A program made the translations under genes and the position numbers. The notes beneath the pieces were generated by a model. The model saw only the letters and a program-made list of their open reading frames with translations, made no database searches and was not told the DNA's origin. A stretch of DNA of 64,000 nt from Calditrichia bacterium (GTDB taxonomy: Bacteria; Calditrichota; Calditrichia; JAJRVZ01), in contig CAWCNS010000005.1 of assembly GCA_963796965.1 (NCBI GenBank), positions 672,001 through 736,000 of the forward strand, read 5' to 3'. Positions 9,408 through 19,421 of this stretch are shown piece by piece. Each line of letters opens with the position of its first letter. Within the stretch, counting starts at the first letter, position 1.

Positions 9408-10646
9408 TTAAGAATCATCATCTAAAATAGCCTTGTCCACTTCAAAAGGTATCACATCCCAGTTCTCAATAAGTTGTGGTTTCTTATTTTTATCAATCCA
9501 GAAGATCTTATCAATCTTTATTTCATGATATCCACGTTCCAAGCAATCCACGGCAATTTTTGTGATGATCCCTTTCTGATTGCTATTTTCGTTCTGTATG
9601 CCATACCATCTCAATCCGGATATCATCTTATCGTCCATATAAATATGGTACAATGATTTTAAATCTATTCCGGTGCTATCAGTCAGTATATCCAAACTCT
9701 TGAGTGAGGCTGGCTTCTCGGTCAAATTTTGTATCGTATATAAATCTTCTTTGTAAAAACTAATAAATAATTCAATCGAATTATCCTCTATCCAGAATTG
9801 ATCGATTGCGGCTTTCGATATTCTTAAACTTTTATCTCTGGTATTTTTATAATGGTCTTTATTTAATTGAATGATTGTACTCTTAATAGTTTTGTCTGCA
9901 TTGCTCTCATTTTTAAAATCAAATTCAAAAATTTCTGAAAGAGAGAGGAGACTAATTATGGTAAAATACAAAACAAACAACAGAAATGTCTTTATCTTAC
10001 CCATATTTGTAAAATAAGTCGTGAGAATATTGCTTAGAATTGAATTTTCTGCAGAATCCACTATTTTTGATTTCTTTTTCCTATTGGCCAAAACAATCCA
10101 TATTATTCCCAAAATGATATACAAGGGAATTATAATATATAGAATAACTACTCTAATCGTCGAAATGTCAAATCCTGCAATAAACAATAAGGCAAAGGGG
10201 ATCATACCAATGCAAAAACTACCCACAAAGATAATTGAAGAGAATATAAATGAGAATAACAGGCTGCAGACTTTTTCTAATCTGATAACGAATATTTCAG
10301 GTTTATGGAAGTTAATTTTTCTTTTGGATTCGGGCATGTTTTGTTTATTCACACCATCCGGAAAAACATAACTTAAACCGACAAATCCTGTCCAGATCCC
10401 TCTTAGGATAAGGTGAAAGATCAATCCGATTTTCAACCCATTTAATATAATTATTGAGACAACATAGATGTTTCTTCCCACCACATATCTGACATTTAGC
10501 TCCTGGATGAGCATTCCATAAAAATTATAGATATAATTCGAGAGGAGAAAAAGAAATGTAAGGATAATCCCTGAGATTAATATTTCAGGTTCCCAACTTT
10601 TGTTTTGGGTATCAATTAACCATTTTGGTGTTTTAGCATCAGGCAT
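9408..10646 (-). CDS. Hypothetical multi-pass membrane protein
   Basis: 412-aa ORF; SWEPEILISG, HLILRGIWTGFVGL; several TM segments. Confidence 0.75.
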   Translation of the reverse strand: MPDAKTPKWLIDTQNKSWEPEILISGIILTFLFLLSNYIYNFYGMLIQELNVRYVVGRNIYVVSIIILNGLKIGLIFHLILRGIWTGFVGLSYVFPDGVNKQNMPESKRKINFHKPEIFVIRLEKVCSLLFSFIFSSIIFVGSFCIGMIPFALLFIAGFDISTIRVVILYIIIPLYIILGIIWIVLANRKKKSKIVDSAENSILSNILTTYFTNMGKIKTFLLFVLYFTIISLLSLSEIFEFDFKNESNADKTIKSTIIQLNKDHYKNTRDKSLRISKAAIDQFWIEDNSIELFISFYKEDLYTIQNLTEKPASLKSLDILTDSTGIDLKSLYHIYMDDKMISGLRWYGIQNENSNQKGIITKIAVDCLERGYHEIKIDKIFWIDKNKKPQLIENWDVIPFEVDKAILDDDS

Positions 10647-10913
10647 CTTGTCTCACTGTATTAATTATTTTATGGTTATGATAATCTCGCATTTGAAAAT
10701 GGTGCCAATTAGACCCTGTTTACTTATCAAAGATCCTTTTCTAAGGGTTTTGTAAATCATACTTGCCACAGGCTATCACAGACTTTGTAAAAATATTAAA
10801 AGAGTATTTGGCTATAAATATTATCAAACTTATTGGAGTCTGTGTACGGCAGTGGCAAATTTATTTTATTGAAACAGCCTAATAGAGGGAGATACGCGAT
10901 GTTTGGCGTAAAA

Positions 10914-11330
10914 CTAGTCTATTTTTTCGCTCCAAACAATTTCACCCTCATCTTCAGCAGATCTCAGAATCTGGATACCCGCCCGCCAGGGAAGATTATT
11001 GTCTGGCCTGGTGATTTTTAGTAAAAAAGAATCATCCGGCTCCAACTCTACTAAAAAGAGACCCGTACCACACCACCCCGGTCCGGAATTTTCCCAACTT
11101 TCATTATTGTAAACCGACCATTGAAATACAGGAGATCTCTCTTCGTAACCCCAATACCATACGGATTCATCAGAGGTGTTTGATACTCTGAATTCATAGA
11201 GATTGTTCTGATTCTCCCCGGTATAGTAAATTGCAACATCGGTTACGATCGGAGAAAGGTCTTTTTTACATGAAAGGAGTGAAATGGTTAAAAGGATGAT
11301 TGCCAAAAATGTCTTTATCGCGTCATTCAT
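10914..11330 (-). CDS. Hypothetical lipoprotein
   Basis: Lipobox LLSC; 138 aa. Confidence 0.65.
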   Translation of the reverse strand: MNDAIKTFLAIILLTISLLSCKKDLSPIVTDVAIYYTGENQNNLYEFRVSNTSDESVWYWGYEERSPVFQWSVYNNESWENSGPGWCGTGLFLVELEPDDSFLLKITRPDNNLPWRAGIQILRSAEDEGEIVWSEKID

Positions 11331-11540
11331 TTATTCTCTCACAATAGATAGCTAACACATAGCCCCATGTAATTTCTATTGCCACTGATAGTTGAAGATA
11401 ATTTAAGCAGAAATAGTGATATTTGTTTAAAAATATTTCAATGATTTATAAAATTGGAGGGATTTTGATCATATGGTCAATTTTGGGGAGAGGTCGGAGA
11501 TGCGTCAAATCAGGCTCTTGCAGAAAAACATGTGGAGATA

Positions 11541-11643
11541 AGATTTATCCTCATCCGGCACAGCGGAATTCGTTTGAAATGACATATCAAGGGGTCATTT
11601 CGACTGAGAAATTGAATTATATTCATTTTTGTTGGAGAAATCT
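11541..11643. repeat. Inverted pair of GTCATTTCG...GAGAAATCT-type REP-like elements
   Basis: AGATTTATCC...TTTGAAATGAC (11541-11583) followed by GTCATTTCGA...GGAGAAATCT (11594-11643). Confidence 0.5.
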
Positions 11644-11733
11644 AATAACCCCAGCCAATCTGCAACACCCTGAACTGTTTAGGTCCAGGGGTAATGTCCT
11701 GTTCGTGAATCACAATTTACAAACGCATCCCAA

Positions 11734-14700
11734 CTATAATTTATTGAATTTACGATCAAATTCTTTGTTGAGAGATTTGGCTGTTTTTATATTATCTTCC
11801 GGGAATCTATCGATCAACAAAAAATTGGGATCAATTCCCGCCCTGCCCGGTTCCGAATCTAAAACGATTTTTAATTCCATACTGGGTCTATCGATTTTTT
11901 GTCTGACAAAATAAATAGGTTTACTTCTCTCTTGGCTTCCTTTGGCATACACGCCAATATCAATCCAATCATTAACAGGAATCTCGGTTTCAACACCAAT
12001 CGAATCTGCACGGAATTTGTTACTTTCGATGGTTAAATACAATAAATATTTGCCATTATCCAGTTCACGATAGGATGCATCGCTAACCCGGTTACTAAAC
12101 AAAGTTATTGACTCAAACATATCATACAACATCGCTTGTAACGAATCGGGTGTAACCGCCTGAAATTCTCTCATAAGATCTATAGAAGTGGGATATGGAG
12201 GATTCGAATAAGCATGGGTTTTAACAAGTCTACTCAAGGCCAAATTAACTTTATCCTCCCCGATGTAATCCCGCAAAGCATACATTGTTACCCCACCCTT
12301 GTTATAGTGGATATAACCTTGATTTTCATTACGGTTAAGCGGCATTTCCTTTTTTGATTCCCTGCCCCGGCCACGTAAATATTTATCCATTTCATACCGT
12401 AAATATTGATACATTTTTTCACGACCATATTCTTGTTCCATCACCATAAGAGCCGTATACTGCGCCAATGTTTCCGAGAGGAAAGTCTCTCCCTTTACTG
12501 CTGCGCCCGTTACCTGATGAGCCCACCATTGATGTCCAATTTCATGAGCGATAATATAGAACACCATATCTATTTTATCCTGATCCCGAAGATCGGCTAT
12601 AAAACCGGCTGATTCCGAGCAAGGCATGGTACCAACAAATGACTGTGCAAATTGTTCAAAGCGCGGGAATTCAATAATCCGGGCTTGCTTATGTGTGTAT
12701 GGACCAAAATTTTCACTGCCGTATGCTAAAGTTTTTTTGATAGAGTTTATCATTCTCCCTACGTTCACATTATGTGGTTTATGATAATAAATTTCAACAT
12801 CGACATCGTTCCATTTATCCCGAGCAACCTCATATCGACCAGAATTAAAGGTAAAGAATTTCAAGCTTGGGGAATCCAACTTATATTGAAAATAACGGCG
12901 GTCGTCTTCATGCCATTCTCTTAGCAAAGATCCTGGCGCAATAGCAATTTGATCCGAAGAGGTGCTTATGGTCGTCTCCAATGTTACCCAATCCGAATCA
13001 AAGCCGATGTAGTTTTTCATTGTAGCCCTGGGATCATCCGGATTTGGTAAATCCACATAAGGTGACAAACCATTTTTTATTCGCTCCTTTTTTGATTCCA
13101 CGGTTCGGTGATTATTGTATCCAATATGTGGGAGAATATCATATTCAAGAAAGGTCCCATTTGACAATATGCGTTTTTGTGTAATTCGATTTTCAAAACC
13201 CCTCGAAACAGAGTTGATTTTAAAAGAAAGTTGGGTGGAATCACCCGGCAACAATGCTTTCTTTAAGCGAAAAATCCGGTACCCTAAATGATTATTTTCA
13301 AATACTAATTCTGAATGTGGGGTTACAAGATTTTCCACCCCCCATTTCGGATTGGTTGTAATCCTCAGCGAATCGATATTAGAGGTTGTTTTATTTTTAA
13401 GGATATATATCCCTGATATGGTCACATTTCGGTTTTCCGGATAAATATCTACGTTTAATTTAATATCCGTTACTTTTGGTTGAGGGAGAAATTCTGTTTT
13501 TTTATAGATCTTCTCATAGCCAGCATTAATTTTATTCTCATCATACTTTGTCCGGTATTCGTTGAGAATATTGGTATTGTAATAGATCCAGCTTCCCATT
13601 GCTAGTAAACAAAATAAAGTGATCGTTAAGGCCAGTCGGGAAGGAGATGTTAAATTTTTACGGGCAAGGGAGAAACGCTCCTTTATCCCAAAAGTTTTAC
13701 CACGTACCCAAAATATCGAGCCTATGATGGAGAGCAAAACACAGAAGATCAGCCAGTATATTTTAAAATTAATTATTCCAGCTGAGTAAGGTCCAAATCC
13801 ATAAAGGTCAGAGTAGATATATTTCGGCACTTCTGCGAACCGATATAAATTGTGCATCAATTCCCAATCATCAAATTTATTGTGTAATACAAGCAAGAAA
13901 ATAATAAGAGCAGCATAAGCAAAATATCGCTGGTTGATCAGCGTAAGGAATAGCATGGATAGGACACAAAACATGGCAAAATGTGTAAACTCAATAAGAA
14001 AAACATCTTTAAAGTAAAGTCCAAATTCAAAATTTGTATAACCATTTAATAACTGGCTGAGGGAACAAATGATAATAGCAAAAAAACAGAGCAACGCAAC
14101 CATAAGAATTAGCGCAGTGGTTTTCGACATAAAAGCAACCCAGGAAGGGAATGGTGCGGCATCATTCAATTCGTCGAATTTTGCATTTCTCTCCCGCCAG
14201 ACCAGAACGCCGGCATAATAAACGATTATGGGGAAGAATCCGAATAAATAGGCCCCTCTGACAACATCCAACATCTTATAGGTCACCGGATAATCGCTTA
14301 CACCAAATATATCCGGGGCGACAATGACAGAAGACGCTAAATTGAATGTTATAAACAATGTAATTAAAATAAAGGCTGGGCTGCGAACAATTCCTAAAAA
14401 TTCAATTTTAGTTTGACTAAGAAACTGATACAAATGTGTCCTGATCGTGTGGTGAACGTTAATTGAAGGTAAACTTAGATTGAGATAACTGAGACCTGAG
14501 GATGATATGGCCAGATCTTCTTTAATCACTTTACGACCACGTCTTGTCTTTGCTACGGTAAAGGAAAACACAGAATATAAAACTGCCAGGATGAGTATAC
14601 TCATCGCAGTCCAAATCGAACGGTTGAGCAACAACCACCCTGAGACAGAAACCATCGTCGTGTTCTTTTCGACTATGGTCCAGTACTTTGTTGTCAGGAC

Positions 14701-15360
14701 GGCTGCCTCCAGTCCAAAGGGATCAATAAAGTAGACAAGGTTTTGCAACTCCAAATTCTGAACCAGCATAATTGTAAAAGCATAACCAAAGAGGAGGAAA
14801 ATGGTGCTGGCAAAAGCCAAAGTCTGGCTCCTGCTGATAAGGGCAATACTGTAAAAGACTGCACCAGACAAAATAATATTAGGTAAGTAAAAGATTAAGA
14901 AACTGTTTAAATGAGCCGCAAAAATAAAAGGACCAACCCTATCAGGGTCCGCGAGAAGCGTTCCTGTCAAACTTCCTACAACCGCCCCCAGGAAGGGTAT
15001 TAACATAATTACGATGGTTCCGCAATATCGGCCAAATAAATAACCAAACTTTTCCACGGGGGTAGTAAAAATAATCTGACTAAAGTCATGTTTATAATCC
15101 CTCAAAGCCGCACCGGACATAAAGGCCGTCGCCATAAGAATACCAATTAAAGAAAGTATCGAATTGATGGCTAATATTTTGAAAGGTGAGTTGGCATTAA
15201 CATTATTTAAGTTACCAAAACCCCCAATACTCACATTTATATCGACGGTAATCGAGTGGGACAAAAACAGAAACAAGGCAAGAAACGCATAGACCATGGG
15301 CTGTCTCAGTCGGTATTTTATCTCAAAAATAAAGAATTCTCTAAACATTATTTTCTCCAA
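11734..15360 (-). CDS. ABC transporter permease / M1 aminopeptidase fusion
   Basis: Two ABC-2-type TM blocks followed by an HEIGHQWW...SETLAQY zinc motif and YNKG. Confidence 0.9.
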   Translation of the reverse strand: MEKIMFREFFIFEIKYRLRQPMVYAFLALFLFLSHSITVDINVSIGGFGNLNNVNANSPFKILAINSILSLIGILMATAFMSGAALRDYKHDFSQIIFTTPVEKFGYLFGRYCGTIVIMLIPFLGAVVGSLTGTLLADPDRVGPFIFAAHLNSFLIFYLPNIILSGAVFYSIALISRSQTLAFASTIFLLFGYAFTIMLVQNLELQNLVYFIDPFGLEAAVLTTKYWTIVEKNTTMVSVSGWLLLNRSIWTAMSILILAVLYSVFSFTVAKTRRGRKVIKEDLAISSSGLSYLNLSLPSINVHHTIRTHLYQFLSQTKIEFLGIVRSPAFILITLFITFNLASSVIVAPDIFGVSDYPVTYKMLDVVRGAYLFGFFPIIVYYAGVLVWRERNAKFDELNDAAPFPSWVAFMSKTTALILMVALLCFFAIIICSLSQLLNGYTNFEFGLYFKDVFLIEFTHFAMFCVLSMLFLTLINQRYFAYAALIIFLLVLHNKFDDWELMHNLYRFAEVPKYIYSDLYGFGPYSAGIINFKIYWLIFCVLLSIIGSIFWVRGKTFGIKERFSLARKNLTSPSRLALTITLFCLLAMGSWIYYNTNILNEYRTKYDENKINAGYEKIYKKTEFLPQPKVTDIKLNVDIYPENRNVTISGIYILKNKTTSNIDSLRITTNPKWGVENLVTPHSELVFENNHLGYRIFRLKKALLPGDSTQLSFKINSVSRGFENRITQKRILSNGTFLEYDILPHIGYNNHRTVESKKERIKNGLSPYVDLPNPDDPRATMKNYIGFDSDWVTLETTISTSSDQIAIAPGSLLREWHEDDRRYFQYKLDSPSLKFFTFNSGRYEVARDKWNDVDVEIYYHKPHNVNVGRMINSIKKTLAYGSENFGPYTHKQARIIEFPRFEQFAQSFVGTMPCSESAGFIADLRDQDKIDMVFYIIAHEIGHQWWAHQVTGAAVKGETFLSETLAQYTALMVMEQEYGREKMYQYLRYEMDKYLRGRGRESKKEMPLNRNENQGYIHYNKGGVTMYALRDYIGEDKVNLALSRLVKTHAYSNPPYPTSIDLMREFQAVTPDSLQAMLYDMFESITLFSNRVSDASYRELDNGKYLLYLTIESNKFRADSIGVETEIPVNDWIDIGVYAKGSQERSKPIYFVRQKIDRPSMELKIVLDSEPGRAGIDPNFLLIDRFPEDNIKTAKSLNKEFDRKFNKL

Positions 15361-15456
15361 ATCTGTATTCTTGCGGTATAGATAAGAAACACAGAACCTA
15401 CGATGTACTCATATCCTGAATAATCTATCTCACACAGCGACACTAAGACGCAACGA

Positions 15457-16336
15457 TTATATTATTTTATTTTTGAGAATTTCAGTAAAGAACACATCTT
15501 CCAGGTCCACCTCAACGGGAGTAAAGCCATCATCAGGCCTGGTATCATTAAAAACATGGACCTCGGGAATCCCGGCGACAAGTTTGCTGGATATGACCCT
15601 GTACTTATGATTATAATCGGGAAGTTGATTTTTTTCAATCCTCTTAGACCATATTTTGCCTCTAATCCTCTCAATCGCTTCTTGTGGCTGATCCTTTAAA
15701 ACGAGTTTCCCGTTATGAATGATGGCCATATCTGTACAAAGTTCTTTTACATCATCAACGATATGGGTAGAGAGAATCACAATAATGCTTTCTCCAATTT
15801 CGCTGAGAATATTATAAAAGCGATTGCGCTCCCCCGGGTCAAGTCCAGCCGTTGGTTCATCGACGATAATTAACAGAGGCTCCCCCAGGAGAGGCCTGAG
15901 CAATCCCAAATCTTTGTTTCATACCACCGGAAAATGTACTCACATATCTTTTGCGGTATTCCCATAGATTGGTTTTCTTTAATAATGCATCAACCATATC
16001 CTTGCGTTCACCCTGGACAACAATACCTTTCAATATGGCCAGGTGATTGAGTAATTCTTCTGTTTTTACGCGAGGATAGACGTTAAATTCCTGAGGCAAA
16101 TAGCCAAGCACACGTCTTACTGCCATTTTATCCTTGAGAATATTCATATCATCCAGAAATATTTCTCCAGAATCCGGTTCCTGTAACGCTGCTATCGTAC
16201 GCATTAATGTGGACTTCCCGGCGCCATTCGGACCCAACAACCCAAACATACCCTGGTTAATGGTAAGGTTAATATCAGAAAGTGCCTTAACGCCGTTTGG
16301 GTAGGTTTTAGAGAGATTATTGATTTTTATTTCCAT
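15457..16336 (-). CDS. ABC transporter ATP-binding protein (single frameshift ~15890)
   Basis: GPNGAGKS, FSGGMKQR in the first ORF; IIVDEPTAGLD, LSTH in the second. Confidence 0.88.
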
Positions 16337-16744
16337 CGGAAACCTCTGTTTTGGATAGTACAGTTTTAGCCCATTTTCAAGATGGACTAAAACTCGACCA
16401 TATTATCATTAATTGTTCTACGGGAATTTAATGTAAAAGATATACGGTCTCAATGACCGATTAACAGCTGGTAGGATTATCTGTGGATTGGGTAAATATC
16501 AGTTATTATTTGGTATTGGGGTTAGTATTATTTCTCGCAAAGACGCTAAGACGCAAAGTTCATTTCCACGGAGAGTGAACTAAACATTTTAGCCTTGCGA
16601 TCTCTGGCCTTTCACATTAGGACGCTGATACTGATTTTACCACGAAGATCACGAAGTACACGAAGCACATATCAAAGTTAAGAATTAAGTTTGTTTCTGT
16701 ATGGTTGAGGTAATTTTAATGCTTATTATATCCAGTTAAAAATC

Positions 16745-16794
16745 ATAATTACTTCTTACCTTTTGCCTTTTTCCTTTTTCCTTTTACCTTTTCC
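16745..16794. repeat. Degenerate 7-bp tandem repeat tract
   Basis: TTACTTC TTACCTT TTGCCTT TTTCCTT TTTCCTT TTACCTT. Confidence 0.6.
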
Positions 16795-17541
16795 CTATTT
16801 CATAAACCGCTCCATCAGCAATTCTTTTTTTCGACGCGATACTTCAATAATTGAATCATCGGACATTTTTACATATCCGCCGCTTCCTTTGATATAACGC
16901 TGGACATGTGAAGCATTGATTAAATGCGATTGATGAACACGTATGAAATCCATATCATGTAAAAGTTCATCGAAATCTTTCAAAGTTTTGCTGACCAGTA
17001 TTTTCTCATTGTTGGCAAAAATAAAATTGGTATAATTCTTCTCTGCCTCACAACGGATAATATCAGCAATTTTCACAACCATAAAACCGTCCAAGGTAGG
17101 AAGTACCATATTGCTTAGTTGTTTATTCAAATTGCTAATATTTTCTACAAAGGCTCCAATTTGCGGCTGGATTGTGCCGCTGAGATTTCGTTGACGAATT
17201 TTGGCCACAGCAGCGACTAAATCAGTTGCATTAATCGGTTTTAAAAGATAATCCAATGCACAGACTTTGATTGCCTGTAAGGCATATTGATCATGGGCCG
17301 TCGTAAATATGACATCAAAGTTTGCATGTTTACAGGCTTCCAAAAGATCAAATCCAGAGCCAAGTGGTAGTTCGATATCGAGAAAAACAAGTTGCGGTTC
17401 CCATTTTTTTATCTGTTCTATTCCCTGCTCGGCGGATGCCGCTTCATCGATTACCTGGATTTCTTCACAATAATTTTCCAAAAATCCTCGCAAAGTGTCA
17501 CGGCTGCTTTTTTCGTCATCAATGATGAGTGCTTTTATCAT
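16795..17541 (-). CDS. LytTR family response regulator
   Basis: REC (IIDDE, FLDI, DYLLKP) plus FIRVHQSHLIN LytTR motif. Confidence 0.93.
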   Translation of the reverse strand: MIKALIIDDEKSSRDTLRGFLENYCEEIQVIDEAASAEQGIEQIKKWEPQLVFLDIELPLGSGFDLLEACKHANFDVIFTTAHDQYALQAIKVCALDYLLKPINATDLVAAVAKIRQRNLSGTIQPQIGAFVENISNLNKQLSNMVLPTLDGFMVVKIADIIRCEAEKNYTNFIFANNEKILVSKTLKDFDELLHDMDFIRVHQSHLINASHVQRYIKGSGGYVKMSDDSIIEVSRRKKELLMERFMK

Positions 17542-17727
17542 TTCTTTGTTACTCTAATTAAATAAATTATTGTTCGCTATGATGTTAAGTTTATAGGCCA
17601 CAGAGTCACAGAGGTCCCGGAGGAAAATAATAGTCTCTTTTTAACTCTCTCCCCTTTTGGGCGATAGGGGGAGCATCCTTATTGGATAGCTTTTCAGGTT
17701 TCAACAAGAAAAAATTGCTTCATAAAA

Positions 17728-19020
17728 TTAACTCAACTCAATCGGGATTTCCAATCGAACCAATGTACCTGTTTGCTGGCTATTCTCCTTCTCCAAATCT
17801 ATGGTCTCACAGACTATCTTATTTCGGGTCTTTAGATTCATTAACGCGATACGTTTATTTACAATTTCGGTTCCTTTGGATCGATGCGGAACACGGTCTT
17901 TTGATTTATATTCCGCTGCTTTTTTTCGTCCAATACCATTATCTTCGATTTCGCATACGATCCGTTTATTATCAATCCTTGAAAACCGAAGATTTATTTT
18001 TCCGCGTTCTTCTTTTTTCATCAATCCATGCCAAACGGCATTCTCGACAAATGTTTGAATTAGCATCGTTGGAATTTCAATATAATAAATATCCTTATCC
18101 TTTACAGTTATCTCATAATCAAAACCATTATCAAAACGCAGGGATTCAATTTGTAAATAGAGATCTAATGTGGCAATTTCCTCACTTAATGCTATAGTCG
18201 GCTGATTTGAGTTTTCAAGCACTTTGCGCATCATATTTGCAAACTTTTGTAAGTAAGTGTGCGCTGAATCTTTATCATTCGCCATAATATATCGTTGTAC
18301 GGAATTGAGAGAGTTGAAGATAAAATGGGGATTCATTTGTGCTAATAAAGCATCCTGCTCAACCTTAATAAGATTGGCCTTCCATTCAACATTTGTTTTA
18401 AACCGTTTTATTACCCAAATGATAAAGGCAGATAATACAAACAAGAGAACAGCTAAGAAACCAATCTTAATATAAACTGTCTCAAAAAGTCGTTTTTCCT
18501 TTTTAAAAGTATGCAATCCGCTTTTACTGAGAAATAACATGTTATCAGGATCCTCTGAAATAGCGAGGATATGATAATTTTTTAAAGGCTCAAATACATA
18601 GAAATGGTTATCCAGGAAGGCAAAAGGCCCGCTTGACGTTGCCACCCAAAGATCTCCCTTCTCTGAAACAAAGAGATCGTGAATATCTTTGTCAAACAAA
18701 CCATCCTTATAGGTATATGAACGATACCGGGCACCCTCTATAACCCTAAGACCGTCTCGACTTCCCATCCAGATTTGACCATTCCTGTCAAAGGTGATTG
18801 CGGTAATTGAATCCGGAGAAAGTTCAAGATTTTTTAGATGGTAGCGGAGAAGATTATCTGGTGCTTGATTGAGTAATGTATCACCTCTAAGCCCAGGCAT
18901 AAGGTTTCGAGCAAGAGAGATGCTTTCTGGTGGAGCTGTTGATACTGTGGAGGGATTTTGTGCCAGAAGGGTTAACTGGGCAACTGTTATCACCAATATA
19001 ATAGACATTAGATTATACAC
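17728..19020 (-). CDS. LytS/YehU-type sensor histidine kinase with short propeller repeat
   Basis: AQMNPHFIFNSLN, VENAVWHG, DNGIGR. Confidence 0.92.
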   Translation of the reverse strand: MYNLMSIILVITVAQLTLLAQNPSTVSTAPPESISLARNLMPGLRGDTLLNQAPDNLLRYHLKNLELSPDSITAITFDRNGQIWMGSRDGLRVIEGARYRSYTYKDGLFDKDIHDLFVSEKGDLWVATSSGPFAFLDNHFYVFEPLKNYHILAISEDPDNMLFLSKSGLHTFKKEKRLFETVYIKIGFLAVLLFVLSAFIIWVIKRFKTNVEWKANLIKVEQDALLAQMNPHFIFNSLNSVQRYIMANDKDSAHTYLQKFANMMRKVLENSNQPTIALSEEIATLDLYLQIESLRFDNGFDYEITVKDKDIYYIEIPTMLIQTFVENAVWHGLMKKEERGKINLRFSRIDNKRIVCEIEDNGIGRKKAAEYKSKDRVPHRSKGTEIVNKRIALMNLKTRNKIVCETIDLEKENSQQTGTLVRLEIPIELS

Positions 19021-19050
19021 GGTGAATAAGTTATATTTTTAAGAATTTAA

Positions 19051-19279
19051 TTACAATACAAATTTTATTGTATCGTCATTTTTCAGACGCTTAAAAATTG
19101 CCAGTCGTTCCGTCTCATCATCGACAACTAATTCCATATTTAATGAATAGTATTTGCCACCCGAACTGCGGTTCGAGACAGAAAGCGTAAACTTTTTATT
19201 GCCCGCAGCGTCAGCAGCGGCATCTCGCAGATTTTTCTCATCATCACCAATAATTCTATAGGACCAGTGGCAGGGGTAC
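19051..19279 (-). CDS. DUF493/YbeD family protein
   Basis: YPCHWSYRIIG...SSGGKYYSL...IKFVL. Confidence 0.8.
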
Positions 19280-19421
19280 GTAATTTTTATTTTTTTCATG
19301 GAATTCAGACTTTTTTGTTTTTCAATCCTATTCCAAATATACTTTATAAACACCAAACAATAATGAAAAATTCAGTTCAATGGGGATATTGAATCCATGA
19401 TACAAATCAAGGTTTTTACAC

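Noticed and set aside
10877..11356. Possible solitary integron cassette around the lipoprotein gene (GTTAGCT upstream; GCCAAAC...ATTAGGC downstream)
   Set aside because: The downstream site is too short, lacks L boxes and does not complement the upstream core.
15857..15909. Programmed ribosomal frameshifting in the split genes
   Set aside because: No consistent slippery heptamer or stimulatory structure, and the gene families involved are not known to use it.
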